From contig NW_024704756.1 of NCBI RefSeq assembly GCF_018977255.1, forward strand, positions 16,866,001 through 16,930,000: a stretch of 64,000 nt of DNA, read 5' to 3'. Under the pieces are notes generated by a model, which saw only the letters and a list, made by a program, of their open reading frames with translations, did not search any database and was not told the DNA's origin. Each line of letters opens with the position of its first letter. The stretch's first letter is position 1. This DNA is from Callorhinchus milii. Lineage: Eukaryota. Of the stretch, positions 1-13,166 are shown one piece after another. The translations under genes and the position numbers were made by a program.

Positions 1-904
1 AGAGAAATGATCGTTTCCCAGTGAGTACCCCCACTGTAAAGTGACCTTTGATGCTGTGATGGGGGTACTCTCACCTGAACAGGTCCTGCAGTAATGGGCG
101 AGTTTGCAGGGAGCTGGATTAGTACTGAGATCCAGCCATTAACCACAGTCTCTTCCCCGTCAAGGTGGGGGGGGCGGGCAAGTGGGGTGCGGGGATAGTG
201 GAGAGAGAGGAGGGGGATGGAGAGGGGGGTATGTGGGGAGAAAGAAGGGGAGGGTGGAGAGAGAGGGTGAGGGGGCGGAGAGAGAGAGTGGTGGGGGAGT
301 GGAAAGAGAGGGTGGGGTGGTGGAGGGAGAGGGTGGGGGGGCGGTGGAGGGAGCGGGTGCTGAATTCAGCTCCAGCGCTCCGATCGGCTCACAACTGCTC
401 TTGCCCGAAGCTCAATGATATCATCACTGAGGAGTTTGAGTATAAAGAGTGTAGCTGAAGCCAGCAATTAGAAACGGAGCCATTTCACATTCACAGCTCG
501 TGGAGTCTGCTCACTGCTCCCTGCATTACCAACTGCATTATTAACCCCCAAATCCGTGCGCAATTTTGGAAGCTGGTTTTCCCAGCTTCTTTGTAGGATT
601 TCTGGAAAACCAGCTTCTAAACCCGAGAACGAGTTTAAAACCTATTTTGCTTCTTGAGATCCTGAAGCTTTAAGAAAATGGTCTCAAGGCTAAGCACCTG
701 AGGACAGAGAGGAATTTTTTGGGCTTCGGGAGATTGGCACCAAATCTGGGAATAATGTGGGAATTTCATACCTGTTGTCGGCAATTAACCGGCTTTAAGT
801 TTATTTCCTGTGGAATTCAGTCAATCTTTTACTACGCACATCTCTTTCTATTCCCTCCTCCTTCCTCTCCTGACTCTCTGAAGTAATAGCTGTATAACTA
901 ATGG

Positions 905-1141
905 CTGTTAGTTGATTGGCAGTTCACTTTCCGGGGGTAATAATCCCTCCAAAAAAAATAAAAACTTGTCACTCAACCCACGACTCTTTGTGGGACGCTG
1001 GTGTGCACAATTGTCTGCTGCGTTTCGCCCACAAAATATACAGTCAATTCACTTTATTGTATATTCTGTGAAGCGCTTTGAGACATCTTGAAGACGCGAT
1101 AAATTGCTGCGTGAAATGCGAGGATTATTATTAATATTATT
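905..1141 (+). mobile_element. SINE B 3' portion
   Basis: GTTAGTTGATTGGC...TGTGGGACGCTG...GTGAAGCGCTTTGAGAC...(ATT)n. Similar partial copies: 2684-2860(-), 14812-15030(-), 15818-16020(-), 22860-23000(+), 28972-29140(-), 29730-29870(-), 63765-63870(+). Head-only pieces: ~7465-7605, ~8030-8175. Confidence 0.8.
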
Positions 1142-1914
1142 GAGAGGGAGGGTGGGGGTTTGGAGAATACCGAGGCTGGGACTCATTATTATGAGAAGGA
1201 ATCTCTTATTATTAATAATAAGAGACGTCTGTGTGAGGACTTTACAGAGGTGTATGAGATGCTCGACGAGCCAGAGAAAGTAAAGCCAAGGACAATACTT
1301 TCTGATACCAGCCCTCAGGGCAGAGGGAAGGGTTCAAGGCTGGAATTTGGCAGCAGTTTAGGAGCCGAGCTGACAAGGGGACCTGTGCTGTCTAACTGGG
1401 TGGAAATCCAGCTGGTGTGTGCTCCGGATCCAAACATCCTCGGGACTCGATTAAAGTAAGATCCCGATCGATTCCTGGATCCTGGGAATCTTCCAACGCA
1501 CTCCCATCCCATCAGTCTGAGCTGGATCTGATCCCACAGCTCTGTAGGGCAAAATATGGTACACTGGGCCAATAACTCCCCCTCCCCCCACCCCCACCCC
1601 CCTCCACACACCCACCACACTCAAAATAATTTCTGCCCACAAGGCCAGGTAAATTGTAGGGCATTTGTTGAGCAGGTCATAGTTCACCCATGACTCCATC
1701 CCGGCAGATGTTCAAATTCCTGCAAATTCCTGTCATTTTTGCTTTTGGCTTAAGTCAAGGGGGGTGTGTGGGGGGTGGGGGAGTGAGAGAAAGGGGGATT
1801 GAGAGAGGGGTGGGAGGAGAGAGGGAGCGGGCGAGAGGGATGGGGGCAGAGTGAGGGAGTGAGAGAGAGTGGGGTGGGGAGAGAGAGGGAGTGGGGTGGA
1901 AGGCGGGAAGATAA

Positions 1915-2168
1915 GAAGGGATGAGACTGAAAATGAAAGAGCGTCTTCTTATTTTTGGCTGGAGGAGAGGCCAAGAGAATGATAAGGCAACACAGCTGGG
2001 GAGCTGCTGTATGGTGGTTCTGAGGGCAATAACATGAAGATCATGTCTAGGGACACGGTACTGTGTATAGTCTGGGACACAACATGACAAGCAACTGCCA
2101 GGATGGTGGAAGGCGAACTGGATGGACCTTGGTCTTCTTTCGTCCAGCAAATTCTTATGTTCTTATGA
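1915..2168 (+). mobile_element. CR1-type LINE 3' fragment
   Basis: Ends GAACTGGATGGACCTTGGTCTTCTTTCGTCCAGCAAATTCTTATGTTCTTATG; paralogous to 25430-25640, with related pieces at 9130-9365 and 48590-48960. Confidence 0.65.
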
Positions 2169-3561
2169 AACTTTGTGTTGTGCTGGCTGGATTTGGAGAG
2201 AGGGGGAGAGAGAGGGGGAAGGTGGGGGGGAAGCAGGGACGGGGAAATAACCACGGCTTTCAGATCATCTGAAAGGAGTGGGCCGAGTTTGGGACAGCTG
2301 TAAAAGGCTCAATAATTCAGAGACGGAGACTGTTGGCAGCTGTCTGTGTGCTCCTGGCTTGGGGTTACCAGGTGTGCACTGACTGCCCGGCATGGTGGGA
2401 GCCAGGAAGCCGCTCCTGCCTGTTGCCGCCGATGCCTTTCATCTGCCCCCTTTGTCATCTTGCTTCCTGGCGAATGCGGGCAGCAGGAATTTGGAAAATA
2501 ACTACTTTGCAAAGGGCAGGTCTCTGCTCTCTCTGTGCTACCTGTCGGCTCGGGGGCTGATTTGTGGCCCCGAAACACATGGTGTGTGATTTAATGGTGC
2601 GGTTTGATGAGCAGTGAAAAATGTCAGTGTTAGAACCATAGGCAACACGCGTTGGGCTGGGCTGGGGGGAAGGTGTCTGGTGGATAATAATAATAATCCT
2701 TGATATCGCGCCTTATCACGTCGTTGAGACGTCTCAAATCTCTTCACAGGATGTACTGTAAAGTGAAGTGATTGTGTATTTTGTGGGCGAAACACGGCAG
2801 CTAATTGCCCACAGCAGCGTCCCCACAAACAGTCGCGGATTGAGTGAGCAAATTGTTTTTTTAGGGGTGGTGGTGGGGTAGGGAAGAAGGAGAGTTGTAC
2901 TGAAGCAGGAGGAAAGTTTAAGTTTAATTTAAGAGATAAATCTTGATAAATTTATTTACAGTCTGCATTTTCCGTGGTTATAGACCGATAAACATTTACA
3001 GCCCTGAATGAGTTTTTGGCGATGGCTGAGATTCTGTGCAGGTCTTTTTATCCCCTTTCATTGTGTGCTTCCTTCGCCCCCCCCCCCCACTCACACACAC
3101 ATACATGCAACACTTATTCACACACATACCTATATTAGCTGTAAGATTCTGCACAACAGATACAAATATCCCAATTGTCAAGCTAAACAATTGTATCTTA
3201 TATTGATTATCATTAATTTCCTGCTGCAAAATGGAGATCTGTAAAATATCTCTACGTTCCCGACGTGTGGAGGGCGGGGGGGGGGGGGCACTCAAACCCA
3301 GAGCCTTGTGACTTAGAGGCGAGAGCTATGGGCTTGAGATCTAAGATGAAGGAGAGCAAGAGATTGTGTACAGAGATGTGATTACAACTTTCAAAGCCTG
3401 AGTTTTCTGAGGCATGTTTCTCAGGGGCGAGGCTCTGATCCAATCACCAAACGTGACCTGTATTGTTTAGTGGAGAGGTCTCAGCCAAAACCACGATATT
3501 ATATCCACAGTTTAACAATTGGAACTGATTTGGTTGCAAAGAGTTGAAGTACATTGATTTA

Positions 3562-3925
3562 GGAGTCCTGTAGGTAGTGGTTAGAGCACTTGCCTCGCGA
3601 GCACGGGGACTTGTGTTTGATTCCTGGGCGGGGCGAAACCTTAGGCAAGTTTCCTTACTCCGCCCGCCTCTGTTTACTTTGCAGTGAATGGGAACCCAGT
3701 TGTTAGTCGACTGGGGGATCGCTTTCTAGGGGTAATAAATCCCTTAAAAAAAATGTGGTAACCCAATCCACGACTGTGTGTGGGACGCTGCTGTGTGCAA
3801 TTGGCTGCCGCGTTTCGCCCACAAAATACACAGTCACTACAATTGACAGTATATCCTGTGAAGCGCTTAGAGTCGTCTCGATGACGTGATGAGGTGCTGT
3901 ATCGAATGCAAGGATTATTATTATT
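3562..3925 (+). mobile_element. tRNA-derived SINE, older long subfamily B
   Basis: tRNA-like head (GGAGTCCTGTAG..GTGGTTAGAGC), extra central block (GGAACCCAGTTGTTAGTCGA...CGCTTTC), 3' body shared with A and (ATT)n tail. Confidence 0.85.
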
Positions 3926-6369
3926 TTATTATTTCCTCTCTGGCGCTGTGTTGAAGCCGGTAACTATAGTGACTGGCTGCCAGTGAGTCTGTAATGCCAC
4001 AGTGACCTTGGCATAGGGACAGGCGAGGCCAAGAGGCTGTGCCGGGAGCTAAAGGGGGAAAACTCTTCAAAGCCCCCGGCTTCACGTTCTGTTTTTTTTT
4101 TAAAAAAGGAGCCATTGTCCCAGCGCGGGGCTTGTTAAATAAAATATGGGACATCGTCACGGAAACGCGGATGCTTCTCCTACGGATTGCGCCGCTCGCT
4201 AGTTTGATAAAAGTTTCTCGGGAGAATCTGGCCTCAGCACTGGAGGAGGGGTTAGCAGCAGTACCACTACCCTACCCCCCACCCCACACACACACAAAGT
4301 CGCCCGTCAGCAAAAACAAACCTGTACTGGCTCGGGAAAGGGAGCCGGGGGTTGGGGGAGGTGGTGGTGGTGGGGGGAGGGAGGGTGCGGTGGGGGTGGG
4401 GGCCGGGGGTGGGGTATAGTGATATCAATTTGGACGTGTGTCTGGGAAACCAGAACACAAGCCTTGACCCCCTCCCCGTGACCGTTGCAATGACCTGACC
4501 TCCTGCCCTGCAGCCCAGCCACTGGGCCCTTCCGCTCTCACCCCAATTCCCCGCTGCGTCTCTATAGCTTATTCGCAGCCTGGAGGCTGAGCGGTGTACA
4601 AACAGCCAGCCAGCTCGCTCCGCTGCTGAGATAACGGTGCCCTTTACAGATAGGGTGGGGAGGGGGTGAGTGAGGTGGGGGAGGGAGATGGGGGAGGTGT
4701 ATAGACTTTCCCAAAACAACAGTGGATGTAATGAGATTGTGCTAACTTTCCCACGCTGTGTGCTCAGGGCTGGGCACGCTGTCCTCGTCCTGCTGAGTAC
4801 CGAGCCTCCACCTTTCAATCACTTCCGCCCAGTCTCCATGTTGCTTGTCTATCCTCTCTACCCCTCTCCCTCCCTCCCTCCCTCCCTCGGCTCGCTCAGA
4901 AATATGCTGCGTATCTATTGACCTTGACCAGATGCTTTTCTTTCTCGAAAGAATTTATTGCGGTGTCAGCTTGTGGCTCAGTCGCTCACGCTCTTGCTTC
5001 TGAGGGTTGTGCGTTCAATTCTCCCCCCACCCCCCCCCATGTCAGGGACTTTGAGCTCACTGTCCAGGCTGATGCTCTGGCTCAGTGATGGGGAGAGCAC
5101 TGCATTAGCCCAAGGTGCCATCCCTCATATACCACGGTCCAGTCTATGTGTGCGTGTGTGTGTGTGTGTGTTGGGTGTATGTTATATAAAGCTCTGGGGC
5201 ACTATCCTGTGCGAGAAGTGCTACACAAATTCATGTTGTTGTTGTGTGCGTGGGTGGGGGGGGAGTGTGTGTGAGGGGAGAAACATCACTGAATCCAAAT
5301 TGACTGTTACATTGACAAGTACACAGTCATTACATTTGATGGTAACTTGGGATTTTTAGCATTACCGGCGCTCTATCTAAAGCGAAGATTATTATTTCAC
5401 ACAACAGCCCGGAGTCGATATCTGTAGAAAAATATGTTGGGCGTGGTGGGGGGACTGTGGGGTGGGGGGCTGGTGAGGAGCTGGGAAATGAGTGTGAGAT
5501 CTTAAGGAGATTATCATACCTTCAAAAGAGCGAATTAGTGAAAGAAGCTTTCAAGGAATGAAAGGTACAGCAGAGGCCTCCAGGGGTGGAAAACAGCCTC
5601 TGATCTAACCAGTGCAAGCATGTTGTGTGTTCAATGGAGGATTTGATGAACCACTCCCTCAATAAAGCATATTTACCGAAAACTGTGAACAGAGGGATCA
5701 GAGGGAAAGGTCAGCGCGGAGTTGGGTAAGAGGCGGGGGGTGGGGGTGGGGAGTGGAGAGGAAATTAAAAGGAAATCAAATTTTAAAAAAAACACCACAT
5801 ACGGTTCAGAGGTTTTAATCTCTTAGTCTAAAAGCAGAAAGGTACGGTTTAACCTGCTTCTGGCTTCTGACAGGTATTGGTTTGCAACTCGACACAAGAG
5901 ATGTCCGTCCGGCTGAGCTAAGCGCTCTGGGACACTGCCCTGCGTGAGGGGCGCTATATAAATGCAAGTTGTTGTTGTTAATCGCTTCAGGAGAGGCACA
6001 GGTTGGGAATGAGCAGGGAGTGAAGAGAGAGAGAGAGAGAGGGGTGGGGGTGGCATAATGTAGGCTGATCTAGTGACCCCCACTCTCCTCCCACCTCCTC
6101 CCCCCTCCCCGAAAATGCTGCATGTTCCTAAATCCACTCCTGCGCCCCCCCCACCCCCCCCCCCCCCCACATTGGTGGCCGTAGTTTCAGTCACTAAGGT
6201 TCTGCAGTTCCTGTCTCTAGCCCTCTGCCTCACCCACCCCACCGCTCCCCACCCGCCCACCCATCTATCTTTAAATTACACTTTAAAACCACACTACCCA
6301 CCCTGTGTGAAGGCCACTGTATAAATGCAAGTTGTTGTTGTATGTGAGAACTTTACAAAGTCCTATGTA

Positions 6370-6385
6370 ATGTGTGTGTGTTTGA

Positions 6386-6417
<32 letters not shown>

Positions 6418-6429
6418 ATGTGTGTTTGA

Positions 6430-6470
<41 letters not shown>

Positions 6471-6500
6471 TGTGTGCTTGACGTGTGTGCACACATGTGT
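6370..6500. repeat. (GT)n microsatellite with repeated TTGACG spacer
   Basis: Three TTGACG-containing units separated by GT runs. Confidence 0.85.
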
Positions 6501-8888
6501 GAATCTTCAGTAATTAGCGCTCGGTGCGATGTGAAACGCAATGTCAATCAGCAAAGCTCCCCCCCGTCAATCAGGTCTCACATTCCACCCTCTCCCATAC
6601 CCGCCCCGTGCCCCCACCCAGTGGGCCCAGGAGTGGGTGGGTGAGCGGAGGGGGTGGGTGGAGAGTGGGGGGGGGGTGCCGGTCGATGGGGGTGAGGTCG
6701 GTGGGTGGGGGCGAGGTCGGTGGGTGGGGGGAGGTCGGTGGGGGGGGTCTCCCTAACCGTGCAGCAAACAAGAGAGGAGAATGTTGAGTATTGAGTAAGT
6801 AACAGGTAGGAGCAGCAGCAGTGAGGGTAGCCTGGGGCCCTGGATTCCTCACCCAACACTAAAAAGCAGCTCTCAATTGGTGACGTGCGCCTTCACCCGC
6901 TGCGAACATTCCTTTGCTCTTGTCTCCTGACGCCTGACACCACAAGGGTTACACCGGGCGGGGAATTCACGCTTTGCATGCCTCTGTCTCTCGTAGGAAC
7001 AGGAGGAGGCCATTCAGCCCCTCGAGCCTGTTCTGCTATTCTATCAGATCGTGGCTGATCTGTACCTCGACTCCCAATTGCCTGCCCTTGCCCGGTAACC
7101 CTGGCTTCCTCGATCGAGAGGCGGGAGAGGACACGGGGAGCGGAGGCGATCTCCATACCTGCTAAGAGTCCTGAGCTCCCCCAACTCACACCCTCTCCCA
7201 CACACACACACACACTCCCACACACACGCTCCCACATACCCTCCCACACACACACACTCACCCTCCAACATGCACTCCCACACACCCTCCCACATACACA
7301 CCCTCCCACATACGCTCCCACACCCACACACACAGCACCCAGGAACTTGCCTTTTCATAACGCCTGTAATGCCAAGTGTCTCGGAGTATTTCCCAGTAAT
7401 CGCTGTCACACTCACTGTACGGGTGCAAGGAGGGGGGGGAGAAGGTGTGGAACAGGGATTGTGGATACCTGTAATGTGGTTAGAGAGCTCGCCTCGCTAG
7501 CGAGAGGACCCGGGTTCAATCCCTGGCAGGACAGGACACAACCTTAGGCAAGTTTCCTTACTGCACACACACACGCCTCTGTTTCCCGAGCAGTAAGTGG
7601 GAACTCAGACTTGTATCCCTATGGATAGTATGCGGTGAGCTCTGTGTGGGTTTCCTGTCATTTTCACCTCTCTAATTGGTTGCCAAGTGCCAGACTCAGT
7701 CAGGCGCGGCCGGTTATTACAGCCGGGTCTCAGAGGAAACGCTGGGCAATGCTGTGTGTGGCCGGCAGCCGAACAGATGCCTTGTCGCAACCAGCAGGAT
7801 TCTTAGCAACATGAGCCCTGAGCGCTGGCTGCTTCTAACTAAAGCTCACGGCCAGTCTCAGCCTCAGTCCCAGCCTCAGCTCACACTCACTGTACCATGG
7901 AGCTCACTTTGTGCATCTCACAATCAGTGGTCACCATGGCTCTGTAATGTCAACGGGCCTCCAAGCCGCTTGCTCTCAAGTGGAGTGACTGTGCATTTGT
8001 TGGTGCTTGTTTTAAGCGCTACAAGACAGAGTCCTGTAGCTCAGTGGTTAGAGCACTCGCCTCACAAGCGAGAGACCTGGGTTCCATTCCCGGCAGGGGG
8101 CGAAACCTTGGGCAAGTTTCCCTACTCCACACACAGCCTGATAATAATCCCTCAAGAAAAAACCCAACAATAATAATTTGGGGAGGATTGTCAGCCAGAG
8201 CCCCGGGAGAAATGTTACAATAACATCTTGATAGTTAGGAGGGGAGAACAACAACAACAATGATTTATATTTGTGCAGCGTCTTTCATGTCGGGAGGGCG
8301 TCCTGAGGCCCTGCACCAACAACTTGCATTTATATCGCGGGAGATACTGTCTCGGAGCCTTCATCAGAAATAATTAGCAGATAGTATGAAAGAGTCCCAT
8401 TAGCTTTAACTAAAAAGGTTTAAACAGCAGCTTGGGACGCCCTCCCAATGTGAAAGATGCTTTACAAATGTAATTATGCTGTTGTTGTTGTTGTTGTTAA
8501 TTATCGCTATGTGTTTGTGTGGTTTGACTCTCAGAGGGCCAGAGGCCTGTGATTTCAGCCCTGCCTTCCTCCCTCTCTCTCTCCCTCTCCTGCCCACCTG
8601 AACTCAATCACTCACTCTCACAATCTCACAGTCTCTCTCGTGCTCTCTCCGCCATAATAATTCCACGGGGAGGGATAAGGGGAGAGTGAGGGAGCCAAGA
8701 AGGAATGGAAGATAAAAAGCTTGGTTTGTTCCAAGCTTTGGTGGAACATGCACCCGGTTGGACCTGGTACTAAATGTTGGGCACTTTTATCTCTACCAAA
8801 CTCTGGCCATCCGCCCACCCACTCCTCTCTTATCATTATCATCACATTCCTCAGCAAATGGCTTCTCTCCCAAAACCCTCCCAGCTAA

Positions 8889-8919
<31 letters not shown>

Positions 8920-9644
8920 GTTTGTGTGTGTGTGTATGTATGTGTGTTTGTGTGTGCACGTTGGTTTGGAATCTCACCTGCCAGTGTTGTGTGGTAGACC
9001 TGAAGGCCTGTAGCTATGTCTGACCACCAAACTCATTCTCTAGCCCGGCTACAGTGATGTCCAGTGGAGTGAGCTGCCTCCCAATACTGGGGTTCACCCT
9101 CCACCACTTTTTTTTCTTTCTCAGTTTGACCAGTCCAGGCAAGAGGACATGGGTTTAGAGTTGTAAACGGGGCAATTTCTGGACAGATACCTGGAAAGTC
9201 TTCTTTACCCAGAGGGTAATTAACAACTGTAATAGGGGGTGGTTGAGGCCAGGTCACTGGGTCTGATTTAAAAACCACAGCTCAACGATGTGATAGTCGG
9301 ACGGTTGTATGTTCTGGAGGTGATGAGATCAGAAGGGACTTCTTCATCCGATATGATCTTGTGAACGTTCCTGACATTCCACCTGTTCCCAACCCATGAG
9401 GGCGTTTTGTCTTAATATTGAGAATTGTAGGATATGAGGAAATCCAGCCTCAATTTTGGGGGCTGTTTTCCTGCAGCTCTTTAAAAAAAACACTTCCAAA
9501 TCAGGAGGGAACTGTGACAGGGAGGAGGGCTTCCCTGCCAACCAAGGTCTCTGCTGGTCATGAGCGCAAGGAGACTGTGTGACCAAGTCCCTGTGCTATG
9601 TGTGTCTGTGTGTTTTTCTCTCTCTCTCTCTCGCTTATTTGTTA

Positions 9645-9790
9645 GGTATGGATAATATTTGTTAGGTCAGGGTATCAAGGGATATGGGGCAAGGGCGGGT
9701 AATTAAGTTGAGGTACAGCTCAGCCATAATCTTATAGAATGGGAGAACAGGCTCGAGGGGCTGATTGGCCTCCTCCTGCTTCTGTTCCCC
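9645..9790 (+). mobile_element. CR1-type LINE 3' fragment (second family)
   Basis: GGTATCAAGGGATATGGGGC...AACAGGCTCGAGGGGCTGATTGGCCTCCTCCTG; reverse copies at 6995-7110, 43666-43760 and 62737-62890. Confidence 0.7.
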
Positions 9791-11109
9791 TATCTACACC
9801 AAGTGGGTGTAAATAGTCACATTCTGCTTTTGGATGCCAGTGTCACAGCCAGTTGGAATGGAAGAACTTCCTCAGCTTCTGGGAATCGAGCAGTCAGGCA
9901 ACCCTCGGCCTTTATTTTTAGGCCACATGTCTCACTAACCTCCTCCCCCCACTCCTCTCCACCACCCCCCCCCNACCCGCCACCCTCATCACCCTTAAAC
10001 CCTAATTATAGATCGTTCCACGGCAATGAAATAAATGTCTGAAAGGAGAGCTGCTTGTTGTAAAAATATAAAGTTGATGGGAGGGGGCTTTGTTTATATC
10101 TGTTGAGAACTGAGCTGCTCATCAGTCACGTGTCCTGGCAGTGAGTCGTTCACATACAGTCTAACAATACAGCACCACATTTACATTGACCCAGAGCCTT
10201 GCACATTGGGAGGATGCCTCAAAGCCCTTGACATCTCTAGCTGAGCACCTGAGCTCGGGGGTGGGCTGGGGGTGAGGGTGGAGCCTTAGTGGGGAGGGGG
10301 CTTGGGAGGGGAGAGATAACTGTAAGGATGGTCAGAGAGGTATGTGGGGTAACTTGCCCACAGACTCCTCCAAAACTCTGTCCCAGGATTTATAATGAAG
10401 TGTATTGTAAAGTGAATGATTTTATCTGGAGGGATTGTTGATCCGGACACCAGGAGAGAGAGAGAGAGAAACTCCCATCTCTTTTCAAATAGATCTCGTG
10501 GCGGGATCTGTGTCCAACCTTTAGATAGAGCACAGGCACACGGAATAGGAGGGGGTCTGAAAGGGTTAAAAATGATGGCAGCTTTAGCTCAGACCGCGTC
10601 CCCACCAGGGCCGAGAAGTCTTGTCTCGCCATCTCTGTTGTGACTGAAGCAGACGATGGCCGCGCTCTGAGTTGGATGTGTTAAACACAACACTGCCGAC
10701 AAATGGGCTGTATCCTCTTCCTCCGGATCACATTTCCTCAGCATAACCAGCCGGCAGCTAGGAATAGGCCGAGGGGCTCCGAGCTGGGGTCTGGGAGCCG
10801 GCATTGATTAATCAGCCTGAGTTCACCCAGTAACATCCCAGATCAATAATATTGTTATTAATAATAATTATTGATAATAATTGTAACAACAACAATATGG
10901 ACCTTCGTTACCTGACTGTGATTTGGACTCGATCCCTCCTCCTCGCCTCCTCTCAATCCCCATCGTCAAATCACTCATGTGAAAGCTTTCCTCTTCGATC
11001 AGGTCTTCCCTCACCTCCCTGTTCTGTCCACTTGGCTTCGCACTCCGCCATTGTCCAGCGCTCTGACACGTGTAAATGCAGGCTGCTGTTGCTGTTGTTG
11101 TTGTTTTGA

Positions 11110-11340
11110 GACCCTGCCCCCACTCTCTGGAACTCCCCCAATCCCTCCGCCTCACCCCCTTCTTCAGCTCCTTCAAGGCCCGACTCAAGAACCGCATCTT
11201 CAGTCGCCCTCCTATTCCCCCCCCCAACCCCCCCCTTTGCCCTGTAGCTCGGGTGCAAACCCTTCACTGTCCAGTGCCTTGGGATGACCTCCCGAGGTGA
11301 AAGGGTCAATATCGATGTCATTGGGTGTTGTTGTTGTTGT
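11110..11340 (+). mobile_element. L2-clade LINE 3' fragment
   Basis: Degenerate ORF2 C-terminus (PTLWN..SLRLTPFFSSFKARLKNRIF), 3' stem CAGTGCCTTGGGA..CTCCC..GTGAAAGG and (TTG)n tail. Confidence 0.75.
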
Positions 11341-11383
11341 TGGGAGCGCGGCCTTGACCTTGTCTGTTGGTTTGTTTTTGCAG

Positions 11384-11467
11384 GGCTTTAAGAAGAGTTA
11401 CGATGGCTTGTGTGACGGTCGGGACTGCAGCCGCGGGTGCCAGTGTTTCCCGGAGAAAGGCTCGCGG
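11384..11467 (+). CDS. COL4A6: COL4A6 exon w1 (7S start, [28 protein letters not shown])
   Basis: tttttgcag|...|gtgagt, 84 nt, phase 0/0. Confidence 0.93.
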
Positions 11468-12759
11468 GTGAGTGAGCGACGCTTGGCTGCCTCATCACCT
11501 CTTGTTCCTCTCGAGTGGGTGAGGGGCTGGGTGGGGGCCGGGGTGGGGGCCAGGGTGGGGGTCGGGGGTGGGTGAGGGGTGCGGAGTGGATGTGATTCCA
11601 GTTTGTGTCTTGATTTCAGCTGAGAAACAGTTGAAATTGTGTGATAATCGGGTGGGGGGGGGGAGCCTGGCTCTGACCCATTCCATGTGATAATATCTCA
11701 CCCAATGCATGTGCTTCACACTCACTCACACACATACTCACGCACGCACACACATACTCACGCACGCACACACATACTCACGCACGGACACACATACTCA
11801 CACACGCACACACATATTCACGCATGCACACACATACGCACGCACACACATGCACGCACACACGTACTCACACTCATGCACGCACACCATACTCACATGC
11901 ATGCACCCACACATACATGCATGTACGCACACATACTCACACTCACACACACACATATTCACACTCACGCATGCGCACACATACTCACACGCATGCATGC
12001 GCACACCTACTCGCATGCACACACACACACATATTCACGCACACACACACACCTCACACATACACTCACACACACACACACACACTCACTCACATGCACA
12101 CTCAGACTCACGCACGCACACACTCACACACACACACTTGGTCTTGTGGTTTGGAGACTCTCGACGTGTAGTGACAGGTTTCCACGGCCGGTCACACTGA
12201 TGGGTGTCTGAGTTGCCCTCCTCCAGACCCGATGAGCAAAGCTGAGCTAACAGAGAGAACAAGAGAGAGAGCGACAGTGAATGACGAAGGAGCCTGAGAT
12301 GGTCCCAGAGTGTAGCTCTGAGAGATGCAGTGGTTTTGCTCACACAGAGGCTTTGAGTGAGGCGGGTGGTGAGGTTCACAGTTGCTGAGCGCTGGAGCTA
12401 ACTGAGCAGCTGAAATCACAGGCCTCGACAGTGCCCCAGCTATCGCTCCCGTCAGAGAGAGAGGGGGGGACAGATACACCAGGTGGGATAAATAGCCTCG
12501 CCAACATAGGAATTGGGAGAGACGGACTTCCTGAGGGAATATGGATATACACAGGGCATTGCCCAGTTTCCGACTGTAGCAAGCGGGCAGGCAGACAGGC
12601 GGGCAGGCAGACAGGCGGGCAGGCAGACAGGCGGGCAGGCAGGGTAAGGGTGAGGGGGCTGTGGGTGGGGTGAAGCTACGTGCTGAGGTTGTGTCCTGGC
12701 TTTTGTTTTGGCCGAGGGCCTTGTGTTCTCTCCCAGTCAGTGGCTCCGCTCACAGGCCC

Positions 12760-12797
<38 letters not shown>

Positions 12798-13135
12798 GCT
12801 GTTGCTGTTGTCACGCTGCAGGATTTGTATTATTATTATTGTTATTATTATTATCAGTCCTTGCTTTAGCGTTTGCTGCAGACAGATTGGGACGGGGGTG
12901 GGTTGGGTGCGTGTGTGCCTGACGGTGCCTCTGAGCACAGGAATGTCGCTGTTAGTCACGGACCAGGGATTAATAATGGAAGAGAAGTCACCACCTGGTC
13001 TCAGCCCTCCCGGCTCCCCTCACAGTTACCGGGGATAAAGAGGGGAACTCTGTCCGTGTATTAATTTAATCGATCGGTAATATACATCACCACTCCCCCC
13101 CACCGCCATTAATTCTAGGATGGAGTTAGACCTGG

Positions 13136-13166
<31 letters not shown>

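Noticed and set aside
2321..2371. Possible signal-peptide exon (RRRLLAAVCVLLAWGYQ|gtgtgc), in phase with exon w1
   Set aside because: There is no polypyrimidine tract and the donor is weak. I saw no first exon or head-to-head COL4A5 start nearby, which the known bidirectional arrangement predicts. RNA-seq would be needed to revive it.
9974..9974. Ambiguous base N
   Set aside because: A single uncalled base in a poly-C run; sequencing artefact
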